A stretch of DNA of 64,000 nt from contig JANJGN010000189.1 of the NCBI GenBank assembly GCA_026770705.1, positions 310,001 through 374,000 of the forward strand. Reading direction: 5' to 3'. This DNA comes from Isurus oxyrinchus (Eukaryota). The position numbers and the translations under genes are program-made. Under the pieces are notes generated by a model. The model worked only from the letters and a program-made list of their open reading frames with translations, did no database searches and was not told where the DNA came from. Positions 21,301 through 32,974 of the stretch are shown here, in pieces; the stretch's first letter is position 1, and every line of letters starts with the position of its first letter.

Positions 21301-23942
21301 ATTAAGCTATGCAAGACCAGTTTGGACCAGTACTCTTATTTCCCAGTTTAACTGGTGTTCTATATTAAGCTATACAAGACCAGTTTGGACCAGTACTCTT
21401 ATTTCCCAGTTTTACTGGTGTTCTATATTAAGCTATACAAGACCAGTTTGGACCAGTACTCTTATTTCCCAGTTTTACTGGTGTTTTATATTAAGCTATA
21501 CAAGACCAGTTTGGAGCAGGACTCTTATTTCCCAGTTTTACCACTGTTATATGTTAAGCTATACAAGACCAGTTTGGAGCAGGACTCTTATGTCCCAGTT
21601 TTTACAGTTTTGTCCTCTTGGACACCCTTTCTGAAGCTCTTACATCTTTCCTGAAGTGTGGAGGCCCAGCGTTCTGAACAATATTCCAGCTGAGTTCTAA
21701 CCAGTGATTTATAAAGTTCCCGCATGATCTCTTTGCTTTTAACTCAGTTCCTCAGTCTGTTAACACAAGGAAGACATTTTCTTTCTTCATCACCTCAACA
21801 ATTTGTCCTTTAATCTTTCAGAATGAGTGCAGAGAGACGCCCAGGTCTCTGCTCACCTACACCTGTCCAAATCATTACTGTCCAATATCTGTCTGTATTC
21901 ATCCTGACAAAGTGCGTCACTTCACACGACACTGCGCTGAACTGCATCAGCCATGTGTCTGCCCACCTCACACTGATCCTGCCCCTCTCATGCCCAATCT
22001 CTCCTTATCACTACCCACGGCTTTGCCAAGTTTCATTCCATCAGAAAACATCATCACTGAGGGACACTTAGCGATTGCCAGCTTCAATGTGTGAGAGCAG
22101 ATTCTGCTCTGCAATTCCACGTAACTCCAGGCTGACATGCTCCAGTTAACACATGGGGATGTGGAGCAGTTGCAGCTGAAGTGGGAACAACAGTAAAGTT
22201 AAAAACATTTTGATACAAGTGATAATTCTCAGACAGAGCAGCACTCACTCGGCAAAGACCCCCCAACGGTGCAGCACTCCCTCAATACTGACCCCCCAAA
22301 GGTGCAGCACCCCCTCGGTACTCACCCTCCGACAGTGCAGAACTCCCCCTGTACTGACCCTCCGACAGTACAGCACTCCATCAGTACTGACCCGGTGACA
22401 GTGCAGCACTCCCTCAGTACTCACCCTCCGACAGTGTAGCACTCCCTCAGTACTGACCGTCCGACAGTGCAGCACTCCCGCAGTACTGATGCTCTGACAG
22501 TGTGGCACTCGCTCAGTACTGACCCTCCGACAGTGCAGCACTCCCTCAGTACTGACCCTCTGACAGTGTGGAACTCCCTCAGTACTGCACCAGATCACAT
22601 ACTGGACTTTGTTCTGACATCTCCTGGAGCAGGAATTCAACCCATGACTGCCTGGCTCTGAGATGAGAACATGACCCCCTTGTGCTGATAGACTGAGTGT
22701 GAAAGGAACTGGGACTTACCAAGAACCTGGAGTTGGACTGGTTGTGTAAAAGTGTGATCTGTGTAGCCCTCCACATCCACATAAAAGTAATACACATCAC
22801 TATCTTCAGCTCTGAGACTGTCAATCCTCACCGAACAATTCTTCCCTTCCAAGTCGCCGATTATTTTAGCACGTCCCACGAATGTGGCCATCGCATAGTT
22901 GGGATCTTTGGTGTATGTGATGGTATATTTCCATCTATACCAATATTTATACCAAGCTCCGTGCAGTGCTGTGTAAGAGTGGGAAGGAAAGTCAAAGCTA
23001 CACGGAATAACCACACAAGAGCTGCTGATGGCCCTCCGAGACAGCGCCTTCATAGACCATCCCTCTGACGTCACTCCTGAAAGGCAACAAGGGAAGAGAC
23101 AGGACATCAAAAAGCAGAATATTACTTCAATGGAGAGAGGCAGCAGAATGCGGTACAGAGGGATCTGGGTGTCCTTGTACATGAATCACAGAAAGTCAGC
23201 ATTCAGGAACAGCACGGAATGAGGAAGGCAAGTGGAATGTTGGCCTTTATTGCAAAGGGATGGAGTATAAAAGGAGGGAAGTCTTGCTACAACTGTACAG
23301 GGCGTTGGTGAGATTGTATCAGGAGCAGTGTGTAGAGTTCTGGTCTCCTTACTTAGGGAGGGATAGACTCTGCATTGGAGGCAGCTCAGAGGAGGATCAC
23401 TGGGCTGATTCCTGGGATGAAGGGGGTTTGTCTTATGAGGAAATGTTGAGCAGGTTGGGCCCTGTATCCATTGGAGTTTAGAAGAATGAGAGGTGATCTT
23501 ATTGAAACATATAAGATTCTGAGGTGGTGGGGGGTTTGACAGGGTGGATGCTGAGGGGATGTTACCCCTTGTGGGGGAATCCTGTGAAGCAATAAGGATG
23601 TTTTACTGCATTAAAGGTGCTATATAAATGCACTGTCATTCCTATTGAAACAAGCTCTCTGATGCACAAACAGAAAATGCTGGAAAAACTCAGCCGGTCT
23701 GACAGCATCTGTGGAGAGAGAAACAGAGTTGGTGTTTCGAGTCCGTATGAGACTTTTGCTTTTGCTAAATTCTCTGACTCGCTATTCACTCACTCTCTGT
23801 GTGATCACTAACCCTTTTCTCTAAAATTAAATGTTCACTTCCTCACTCCAGGAAAGAATCCAATTCCCTGAGTTCCGATCAGTAATGAATTTGTACCTTG
23901 CAGCAAGCTGATGAAGATCAGTATCAGACCGACCTCTCCCAT
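9193..23942 (-). CDS. Gene B: Siglec-like type I receptor, L-V-C2-C2-C2-C2-TM-cyt, 9 coding exons, ~603 aa
   Basis: join(23897-23942, 22720-23076, 20345-20632, 19579-19836, 14615-14896, 13854-14135, 12491-12587, 11686-11770, 9193-9309) = 1812 nt, open frame, all introns GT-AG with compatible phases. The tail exons are the least certain part. Confidence 0.8.
9408..10937 (+). repeat. 24-bp minisatellite GATTATTGATTCTGAACGGGGTTT (~63 units)
   Basis: Direct tandem; the ORF track shows an 8-aa LIIDSERG period. Confidence 0.97.
11686..11770 (-). CDS. Gene B candidate middle cytoplasmic exon (85 nt, phase 2 to 0) GSSTRRGHSAQAERVGSSSPGEQSDRYW
   Basis: acacag acceptor and TGG|gtaagt donor; bridges the TM exon (phase 2) to the terminal exon (phase 0); similar size to gene C's 82-nt middle exon. 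Confidence 0.55.
12491..12587 (-). CDS. Gene B TM exon RDSNEWKAGLLGAGICLSVGLSGFFIFKCVRK
   Basis: ttttacag acceptor, gtaagt donor, uncharged hydrophobic helix; homologous to 42911-43007. Confidence 0.9.
12780..13820 (+). mobile_element. Degenerate LINE (CR1/L2-group) fragment with internal deletions
   Basis: LDTAKAFGP and KAQVR..EYSPLGW motifs; same family at 35140-37220, 39440-39890 and 42320-42780. Confidence 0.7.
13854..14135 (-). CDS. Gene B C2-set Ig domain 5
   Basis: 282 nt, phase 1-1; APQNLSI..CSVESFPASNLTW..DTGDYQC. Confidence 0.92.
14615..14896 (-). CDS. Gene B C2-set Ig domain 4 (tandem duplicate of domain 5)
   Basis: 282 nt, phase 1-1, near-identical to 13854-14135. Confidence 0.92.
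15028..15918 (+). repeat. 33-bp tandem array (~27 units)
   Basis: Direct tandem; 11-aa period in the ORFs. Confidence 0.97.
15920..18200 (-). mobile_element. CR1 LINE ORF2 (RT) fragment, degraded
   Basis: NYRPVSLTS, KSCMTNLLEF, DVIYLDFQK, LYKALVRPHLEYC in several frames. Confidence 0.95.
18290..18990 (+). mobile_element. CR1 3' fragment with internal (GGGGGT)n tract at 18603-18713
   Basis: RLRGDLIEGFK motif; related copies on the opposite strand at 33000-34080 and 11245-11520. Confidence 0.8.
19579..19836 (-). CDS. Gene B C2-set Ig domain 3 (CD22/sialoadhesin-like)
   Basis: SPHNTSV..LSCSSDGNPAVHNFTWFK..YYCEATSILG; 258 nt, phase 1-1, gtgagt donor. Confidence 0.88.
20345..20632 (-). CDS. Gene B Siglec domain-2 C2 exon
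   Basis: APDKPVI..CKCLYTCPDNHPNLTW..LTFNPSFKHHGRTLRC; the extra Cys after strand B is typical of Siglec D2; 288 nt, phase 1-1. Confidence 0.92.
20718..21178 (-). mobile_element. CR1 3' fragment
   Basis: Near-identical to 480-950 in reverse orientation. Confidence 0.9.
21195..21605 (+). repeat. 63-bp minisatellite (~6.5 units)
   Basis: AAGACCAGTTTGGACCAGTACTCTTATTTCCCAG.. in tandem; 21-aa period. Confidence 0.92.
22235..22590 (-). repeat. 33-bp tandem array inside a SINE remnant
   Basis: Reverse orientation of the same unit. Confidence 0.9.
22720..23076 (-). CDS. Gene B Siglec-type V-set exon (no essential Arg)
   Basis: CVVIPC (strand B), KNCS (strand E), DSDVYYFY (strand F with no Cys) match the Siglec V cysteine pattern; 357 nt, phase 1-1. 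Confidence 0.92.
23120..23582 (+). mobile_element. CR1 fragment just upstream of the gene B V exon
   Basis: MEYKRREVLLQLYRALVR; very similar to 52960-53400. Confidence 0.88.
23897..23942 (-). CDS. Gene B signal peptide exon MGEVGLILIFISLLQ|G
   Basis: ATG at 23942, hydrophobic core, phase-1 donor; upstream acceptor at 23957 implies a non-coding 5' exon. Confidence 0.85.
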
Positions 23943-24209
23943 CTTCAGTTCCTCATCTAAATGGAAAATGATAAAGACAGAGACTTTTTCATAAATTGTC
24001 CCCAGCGTTTCTTCCTCAAACAATAACAACTTGTGGTTAAATGGCACCTTTCAGGGAATTAAACAGCCCCAGGGAATAAACTAACGTCAAGACAAGGAAG
24101 GAGAGATTGAGAAGGGACATCGCAAACTGATTCACCAAAGACGGCAAAAATTCATTGTTCCCTCACTCCCTGTGCTGGGTGTCCAGCTTTTTCTCTCAGT
24201 GAGTTTAGT

Positions 24210-25015
24210 CCTCACAATCTCTATCTATCGCAGTCTTCTGCTCTATCCCTCTCTCTCACACACACACATTCTCTCTCTAACACTCACAATCTCTCTCTAT
24301 CACACTCTTCTGCTCTATCTCTCTCTCTCACACACACATTCTCTCTCTAACACTGACAATCTGTCTCTATCACACTCTTCTGCTCTATCTCTCTCTCTCA
24401 CACACACATTCTCTCTCTAACACTCACAATCTCTCTCTATCACACTCCTCTGCTCTCTCTCTCTCTCACACACACACATTCTCTCTCTAACACTCACAAT
24501 CTCTATCTATCGCACTCTTCTGCTCTATCTCTCTCTCTCAAACACACTCATTCTCTCTCTGACACACACATTCTCTCTCTCTCAAACTTTCACCATTTCT
24601 CTCTATCTCGCTCTTCTGCTGTCTCCCTCTTTCTCTCTCTCACACACAAGTACCCTCTCTCTCTCTCGCACATTCTCTCTCACACACAAGCACCCTCTCT
24701 CTCTCAAACACACTCTCTCACACGCACACTCTCTCTCACACACAAGTACCCTCTCTCTCTCTCGCACATTCTCTCTCACACACACTCTCTCTCACACACA
24801 CTCTCTCTCACACGCACATTCTCTCCCTCACACACACTCTCTCATACACACACTCTCTCTCAAACACACTCTCTCTCACATGCACACTCTCTTCCTCATA
24901 CACACACACTCTCCCTCACACATGCACACACTCTCTCTATCTCTTTTTCTCTCTCACACTGTCTCTCTCTCCCGCTCTTTCTCTCTCTCTCTCACACTCT
25001 CTCCCTCTTCTCTCT
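24210..25015 (+). repeat. CT/CA-rich compound repeat, 70-bp period in the first half
   Basis: cact(c/g)acaat recurs at 24281, 24351, 24421 and 24491. Confidence 0.9.
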
Positions 25016-25074
25016 GATACGGAAGGATTTAAGACCTGCTCATGATTTCAGCTCAAAACCCAGGCAGATTCTCC

Positions 25075-25740
25075 CCAGTGAGGGAGTGCTCAGGGGGTGC
25101 TGCACTGTCAGAGGGTCAGTGCTGAGGGAGTGCTGCACTGTCAGAGGGTCAGTGCTGAGGGAGTGCTGCACTGTCAGAGGGTCAGTACTGAGGGAGTGCT
25201 GTACAGTCAGAGGGTCAGTACTGAGGGAGTGCTGCACTGTCGGAGGGTCAGTACTGAGGGAGTGCTGTACAGTCAGAGGGTCAGTACTGAGGGAGTGCTG
25301 TACTGTCAATGGGTCAGTACTAAGGGAGTGCTGCACTGTCAGAGTGTCAGTACTGAGGGAATGCTGCACTGTCGGAAGGTCAGTACTGAGGGAGTGCTGT
25401 ACTGTCAATGGGTCAGTACTAAGGGAGTGCTGCACTGTCAGAGTGTCAGTACTGAGGGAGTGCTGCACGGTCAGAGGATCAGTACTGAGGGAGTGCTGCA
25501 CTGTCGGAGGGTCAGTGCTGAGGGAGTGCTGCACTGTCAGAGGGTCAGTACTGAGGGAGTGCTGCACTGTCAGAGTGTCAGTACTGAGGGAGTGCTGCAC
25601 TGTCAGAGGGTCAGTACTGAGGGAGTGCTGCACTGTCGGAGGGTCAGTACTGAGGGAGTGCTGCACTGTCAGAGGGTCAGTACTGAGGGAGTGCTGCACT
25701 GTCAAAGGGTCAGTACTGAGGGAGTGCTGCACTGTCAGAA
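25075..25740 (+). repeat. 33-bp tandem array (~20 units)
   Basis: Direct tandem. Confidence 0.97.
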
Positions 25741-26509
25741 CTACCGTAATTCAGATGATGTTTGAAATTAGCAACATGCCTCATCTAAAATTCTATATCA
25801 TCAGCTCAATATAAATAGATTAGTCCTGTATGTTTCACTTTACTGCAAATTGTTCATGGTTTCATTTCCTTGTTAACCAGGCTCATGTGATGACTATTTT
25901 TAAATAATGTTTGTTATTTGGAACAAGGGGCCATGCCTGAACAGATAACTGTCGGATCAAGCAGCTGGGATTTTTCTTGAACCTTGCTTCATTCAGATGT
26001 TTGCTGCTGGACATGAGATCATTAATGTGTGAATGTAGAATCGGAGTCACCTCAGTGAACAGCAGCATTGGTTGAACAGCCTGATCTGCAATAAGAACTG
26101 CTGAACACAATGTCCGTTCAGAACAGCTCGGTCCCCGATCAGAGAAACAGCCTCAGACAGAACCAACTGACGCTGGAATCCATACAATTCATCAACGTGT
26201 TGGGAGTTAGTTTGATGTCGGAGATGGAGTGTTACTGGGAAGGAGGGAACCCGTCAGGATGAACAGCTCGATGTACGACAAGGAAAGGATGAGCTAAGAG
26301 GGGTTGGTCACGGACAGACAGAGCGTGTGAAGACTCAACAAGCTAATGGCAGGTGAAGAGCTGGAAAGGTGTCTTTTCAACACAAAGTTTAGACACAGAA
26401 CTCGATGTTTGATTGGGTATTTCAAACCAGAGATACTCTTTACAGGGTGAATGGACCTTGTCAATAATCCATCCAGCCAACCTCGCCTGGAGATTAGTCC
26501 AATATTAGA

Positions 26510-26780
26510 CACTAAACCGAGTCCCCCGTCTGCCCTCTCGGGCGGGTGTGAAAGATCCCACAGCCACTATTTGGAGGAAGAGCAGGGGGGAGATCTCCCC
26601 GGTGTCCTGGGACCAATATTTATCCCTCAACCAACATCACCAAAAACAGATGCTCACATTGCTGTTTGTGGGAGCTTGCTGTGCGCTAATTGGCTGCTGC
26701 GTTTCCTACATTACAACAGTAACCACACTTCGAAAAAAGGGTGAACTCAACTGTAAAGTGTTCTGGGACATCCAGAGACC
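26510..26780 (+). mobile_element. Deu-domain SINE (SacSINE1/AmnSINE1-like) fragment
   Basis: aaaccgag..cccgtctgccctctc..aagatccca..gaagagcaggg..ccaatatttatccctcaaccaac matches the Deu core as I recall it. Confidence 0.7.
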
Positions 26781-26827
26781 ATGCTGTACAGAAGAGATTT
26801 GACAGGAGCAGCAAGTGTTTTACTTAC

Positions 26828-27080
26828 AGGAGAATGAGTCCCCAGGGTCGTAGAGTCAATCCTGTCAGATGAATGTCTAACTGGAGACACTTCAGGGAGC
26901 TGATCTAATTCTGGAAATGTTCAGTTTACCAGGATCGGAGGAGAGATGATCTTCCTCTCCTGACTGCATCGGACACGAGGTGAACTGGCTCTGGGAGGAG
27001 GGTCAGTGTTAACCCAGTTTTTCTGTGTTTGAGGGAGATGTGAAACTGGGGAAGTCACGTGGTTTTTTGGTGTGGTCACT
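26828..27080 (-). promoter_or_regulatory. Candidate non-coding first exon and promoter of gene B
   Basis: gtaagt donor at ~26827; upstream cluster GAAACTGGGGAAGT (PU.1/ETS), CACGTG (E-box), TGTGGT (RUNX) at 27041-27077. Confidence 0.35.
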
Positions 27081-27612
27081 CCATGTCTTTATTTGGTGCA
27101 GCACTCATTTAGTTCATGTCGTTGTTTCAATGCTACAAAACCACAGTGCATTCTGGACTATTTCTGCCTGACCTGCTGTCAGATACACACAGTCTGACAG
27201 AGAGGCGGAAAAGTGGTCCCTAGCAACCTGTATGACTGTNNNNNNNNNNNNNNNNNNNNNNNNNNNNNNNNNNNNNNNNNNNNNNNNNNNNNNNNNNNNN
27301 NNNNNNNNNNNNNNNNNNNNNNNNNNNNNNNNNNNNNNNNNNNNNNNNNNNNNNNNNNNNNNNNNNNNNNNNNNNNNNNNNNNNTATGCACACGCATACA
27401 AACACACGCTCACACACAAACTCACACACACACATACATGCACATTTTCTCTTTCTCTCTCTCCTTCTCTCTCTCACACAAACACACTCTCACTCTCTCC
27501 CACACATTGTCTTTCTCTCCCACACACTCACACACTCTTTCTGTCTCTGAGACGGAATGTTGGGGTTTGAGACCGTCTCAAGGTTACAGCTCAAAACGCA
27601 GACAGACTCTCC

Positions 27613-28345
27613 CCAGTGAGGGAGTGCTGAGGGCGTGCTGCACTGTTGGAGGGTCAGTGCTGAGGGAGTGCTGCATTGTTGGAGGGTCAGCACTGAGGAA
27701 CTGCTGCACTCCCAGAGGGTCAGTACTGAGGGAGTGCTGCACTGTCACAGGGTCAATACTGAGGGAGCGCGGCACTATCAAAATGTCAGTAGTGAATCAG
27801 TGCTGAACTGTTGGACGGTCAGTGTTGAGGGAGTGCTGCACTGTCAGAGGGTCGGTACTGAGGGAGTGCTGCACTCCCAGAGGGTCAGTACTGAGGGAGT
27901 GCTGCACTGTCAGAGGGTCAGTACTGAGGGTGTGCTGAACTCCCAGAGGGTCAGTACTGTGGGAGAGCTGCACTGTCGGAGGGTCAGTACTGAGGAAGTG
28001 CTGCACTGTCGGAGGGTCAGTGCTGAGGGAGTGCTGCACTGTCGGAGGGTCAGTACTGAGGGAGTGCTGCACTCCCTGAGGGTCAGTACTGAGGGAGAGC
28101 TGCACTGTCAGAGGGTCAGTACTGAGGGTGTGCTGAACTCCCAGAGGGTCAGTACTGAGGGAGAGCTGCACAGTCGGAGGGTCAGTACTGAGGGAGTGCT
28201 GCACTACCAGAGGGTCAGTACTGAGGGAGTGCTGCACTGTCCGAAGGTCAGTAGTGAGGGAGTGCTGCACTGTCAGAGGGTCAGTACTGAGGGAGTGCTG
28301 CACTGTCAGAGGGTGGGCACTGAGGGAATGCTGCTCTGTCAGACC
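27613..28345 (+). repeat. 33-bp tandem array (~22 units)
   Basis: Direct tandem; flanks duplicated with those of the 25 kb array. Confidence 0.97.
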
Positions 28346-28648
28346 TGCCATATTTCAGATGACATTTGAAATTAGCAACATGCCTCATGTATAATTATAT
28401 ATCATTAGCTCAAAATAAATAGAGTATTCCTGTACGTTTCACTTTACTGTAAATTGTTTGCAGTTTCATTTCCTTAGAAACCAGGCTTGTGTGATCACTA
28501 TTTTTAAATAATGTTAATAATAAAGATGCAACAATGCACACGCACACAGATACACACACACACACACACACACACATACACAGACGTTCACACTGACACA
28601 AGCTCGCACAGGCAGACACACACACATACACAGAAAGGCAGACAGACA

Positions 28649-28691
<43 letters not shown>

Positions 28692-28704
28692 GAATTAAAA
28701 AAGT

Positions 28705-29480
28705 TAGAGTCCAATAAAAAACGTAAAAGAATATATGATTAATACATTTGCTTGTCTTTGAGAAATAGATTGCTGACGTTTGCAGCTGTTCAAGGTTAAT
28801 TGGTTTCCTGTGGCATCCTGGTGGTGATTTGATTCAGATTTGCACTTTGTTGAAGATGCTCTGTTAGCTTCAGAAAGAGAGAGAGAGAATTTCTGCTCTT
28901 TTCCAGCAGTGTTTTTGAGTGACTGCCATCTTTCTTTTTCCTCCTACTTTCTCTTATATCTGCTTGACAGAACCTGTTGTTAAACTCCTGTCTGTATATT
29001 CCCAAAGGGAATTCGATCAGCATGTCTTGCATTCATTGTTACAGACCAAGTAATCCCATTTTTTTGATGTTTGCATCTCTGAAACATTTGATGCATTTCA
29101 AGATATAGATCAACAGGAGATGGAGACATTTCATTCTCCACAAGGGGTGTTGAATGTTTGATGAATATCTGCACGGTGAGCAGATCCCATTACTTTGATA
29201 GACCTACAGTGATCAGAGTCCAGCGCTTTGCATTTTTAAGGGAGACCCTGTTTCAAGTGTACACTGACACACCTCAGTGAGAACTTTCATGCAACATGTC
29301 TGAAGTGCAATTCATTTGAAGCTTTCCAGAGAAGTGATCAAGTTTGCAGTATCAGCAATCAGGTGACTCGTGACAGCCATTATTGATCAGTGCCTAATCT
29401 TGTACTTTTGAAAAAACAGGTCTCCTTTAAACAGTTCAATACATTTTTGGCTCGTTGATGAAGTTAAAGGAAGCTCTGTT
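28705..29480. repeat. Diverged direct repeat, second copy at 31478-32090 (probable LTR remnants)
   Basis: Shared blocks such as acatttgatgcatttcaagatata.atcaacaggagatgg and ccagagaagtgatcaa. Confidence 0.7.
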
Positions 29481-29891
29481 ATGACATAACAGATGGTAAA
29501 TGCTGAGCTGTTCAAATCCTGGAGGGAAACTTGAAACAACTGTCACAACTAATTTCCAACTTGTATGTTTTGAGGTGTGAGCTTTAAATTCAGTAGTAAT
29601 GAGGTTAAGAGGTTTAAGAGGTAATTCTGTTTACCTCAACAGGTTCACCACTTGTCTGATGCAGTCAGGAGAGGAAGATCATCTCTCCTCCAAACCTGGT
29701 AAACTAAACATTTCCAGAATTGGATCAGTGTCTCCAGTTAGTCATTCATCTGACAGGATTGACTCTACAACCCTGGGGACTCATTCTCCTGTAAGTAAAA
29801 CACTTGCTGCTCCAATCAACTCTCTTCTGTATAGCATGATATTTGGATGTCCCAAAGCACTTTACAATTTGAGTTCACCCTTTTTTCAAAG

Positions 29892-30655
29892 TGTAAGAGG
29901 TTTTTTATAAAACTAAATTAAACATTGATTAACAAGAAAAATTATTTTTAAGCACACACATATATCTATAAATTGCTACTATAATAACTTCTAAATCTCT
30001 TAATTAATTTAACTTCCATTTACACTTTTGTTCAGGCAACAGTAAAACACTGAGACTTTAAAAGTCCCAGGAAAAATAAACGATACTCTGGACAGCTGAG
30101 ATCAAAATGAGTTATCTTAACTTCAGTCCCTGGAGGCAGCAGCTTGGGACATGCAGGCTGATGGCTTTTCACCATTGTAAGCTCTTAAAAAGACCAACCC
30201 TTACACACAGCCTTCACTCCTTGATACATATTTTCCCCTTTGAATGCAAATTCCCATTGTTTTTGTTTTGTCTTTGGACTTTATTTTTGTAATAATACAA
30301 ATCTCTCATAGTCCTAACTTTTACCAGTAATCTTTGGCAAAAATAAACACACTGTTTCTTATCTTCACCTGGCTGGGTGACACATTTCTCTCCTTCTTTG
30401 AAAACAATCTAGTTTGGTTTAATTTAAAATGCAAATTGCCCCCTTTACACTTCACATTCTAAAACTTCCCCATGTTTACCTAATAAACAGTTCAAACCTA
30501 ACTTCTCTTCTTCCATCAAAACACCCAGACCAGCTTCCTCTAATTCCAATAAGTCTCACACAAACACATCACAGACACATGTGGACACATAGACATGGAC
30601 TCTATTTTACAATAAATTCCAATAACATTATGGAGATTATTATATATTCCTGACA
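29892..30655 (-). mobile_element. Probable solo LTR
   Basis: TG..CA ends; similar to 36170-37118 and to the reverse of 56870-57795; no clear TSD. Confidence 0.55.
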
Positions 30656-32974
30656 TGCTATCACTCAGTCGCAGTTTCCTGTCANNNNNNNNNNNNNNNN
30701 NNNNNNNNNNNNNNNNNNNNNNNNNNNNNNNNNNNNNNNNNNNNNNNNNNNNNNNNNNNNNNNNNNNNNNNNNNNNNNNNNNNNNNNNNNNNNNNNNNNN
30801 NNNNNNNNNNNNNNNNNNNNNNNNNNNNNNNNNNNNNNNNNNNNNNNNNNNNNNNNNNNNNNNNNNNNNNNNNNNNNNNNNNNNNNNNNNNNNNNNNNNN
30901 NNNNNNNNNNNNNNNNNNNNNNNNNNNNNNNNNNNNNNNNNNNNNNNNNNNNNNNNNNNNNNNNNNNNNNNNNNNNNNNNNNNNNTGGTTGACGGGGAGT
31001 GAACTGGCTCCCTTTCTATTCAAACCCCATGGTTGGTCACAAAAAAGGGTTTTAAAATATATTTTCCCCCAAATGCAATTTCCAAAACAATTAAACCACG
31101 TTCGGTTGAGTCAAAGAAAGAGTTATTTTACTCGTTACCTAACTGGAGAAANNNNNNNNNNNNNNNNNNNNNNNNNNNNNNNNNNNNNNNNNNNNNNNNN
31201 NNNNNNNNNNNNNNNNNNNNNNNNNNNNNNNNNNNNNNNNNNNNNNNNNNNNNNNNNNNNNNNNNNNNNNNNNNNNNNNNNNNNNNNNNNNNNNNNNNNN
31301 NNNNNNNNNNNNNNNNNNNNNNNNNNNNNNNNNNNNNNNNNNNNNNNNNNNNNNNNNNNNNNNNNNNNNNNNNNNNNNNNNNNNNNNNNNNNNNNNNNNN
31401 NNNNNNNNNNNNNNNNNNNNNNNNNNNNNNNNNNNNNNNNNNNNNNNNNNNNNNNNNNNNNNNNNNNNNNNNNATTATGGAGTCCAATAAAAAATTAAAA
31501 GAGTTGTTAGCTTATACTGCAGCGTAGGCTGTGAAGTTTGAAGCTGTTTTAAATTAGTTGGTTTGCTGTAGAATCCTGTATTTCATCTGGCTCAGATTTT
31601 CACGTTGTTGAAGACACTCTGTTAGCTTCAGATATTGTTAAAGGCCAAGTACTCCCATTTTTTATCTTTGCATCTCCAAAACATTTGATGCATTTCAAGA
31701 TATAAATCAACAGGAGATGGGGGTATTGTATCCTCCAGAGGGGGTTTTGAATGGCTGATGATTATCCGCTTGGTGAGCAGTTCCCACTGTTTTGATAGAA
31801 CCACAGCTGATCAAAGTCCAGCACTTTGCATTTTAATGCCTTCCTTTTAAGAGTGTCCCTGTTTGAAGTGCACCCTGACACACCCCAGGCGTGACCTTCC
31901 ATGCAACTGGTCTGCAGTGCAATTCATTTGAACCTTTCCAGAGAAGTGATCAACTTCACAGTATCAGCAATCAGATGACTTGTGTCAGCCATTTTTGATC
32001 TGTGTACAATCTTGTATTTCTTTGAAAAACAGGTCACTTTTAGACAGTACAATATGTCTTTGGTCTGTTAGTTCAGTTGTAGGAAGCTCTTAATCGCAGT
32101 TTGCTGTCATTGGGATATTGTCTTTGTGTTTGTATTTGTGCACGTGTGTGAGTGAATGTGTGTGTGAATGTGTGAATATGAGAATGTAAGTGTGTTTGTG
32201 TCTGTCTGTAAGCGTGTGAGCGTGTGTATGTGTGTTTGTGTATGTGTGTGTGTGTGTCTATGTGTGTATGTGAGTGTNNNNNNNNNNNNNNNNNNNNNNN
32301 NNNNNNNNNNNNNNNNNNNNNNNNNNNNNNNNNNNNNNNNNNNNNNNNNNNNNNNNNNNNNNNNNNNNNNNNNNNNNNNNNNNNNNNNNNNNNNNNNNNN
32401 NNNNNNNNNNNNNNNNNNNNNNNNNNNNNNNNNNNNNNNNNNNNNNNNNNNNNNNNNNNNNNNNNNNNNNNNNNNNNNNNNNNNNNNNNNNNNNNNNNNN
32501 NNNNNNNNNNNNNNNNNNNNNNNNNNNNNNNNNNNNNNNNNNNNNNNNNNNNNNNNTACGTGTGTGTGTGTTTGTGAGAGAGAGAGAGCATTTCACAGAG
32601 TGAAACTTCCCTGAGTGTGGCCGGTGTGTTTAACATTTAAGCCACACAGACAGGATGTGGTTAAAAGGTGAAACCACAAGGAGTGAGTGTGTATTCCAGT
32701 GACTGTCTCTCTGTGGGTTTCCTGTGGGTTTCTGTGAACTGCCTGTGGTTTTAAAAAAAATCTTCCAACCCCACATGCACGGCATCAAATAAGGATTTGG
32801 AAGATGCAGCTCAGAGAGTAACTAGTCCCTCCTCCACTCTTCATCCTCCTGCTCCTCTGCGTCCCTCCTCGTCTCTCTCCTCATACTCCCACGCCTCCCC
32901 CTCCTCAACCCCCCACCTCCCTCCACCTCATCCTCATCTTTCTCCTCCTCCCCTCCTCCTCCTGTCGAGTCTGA

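Noticed and set aside
15061-28369. Long ORFs with QHSLSTDPPTV / STEGVLHC / VLRECCTV repeats
   Set aside because: Translations of the 33-bp satellite, open in several frames on both strands.
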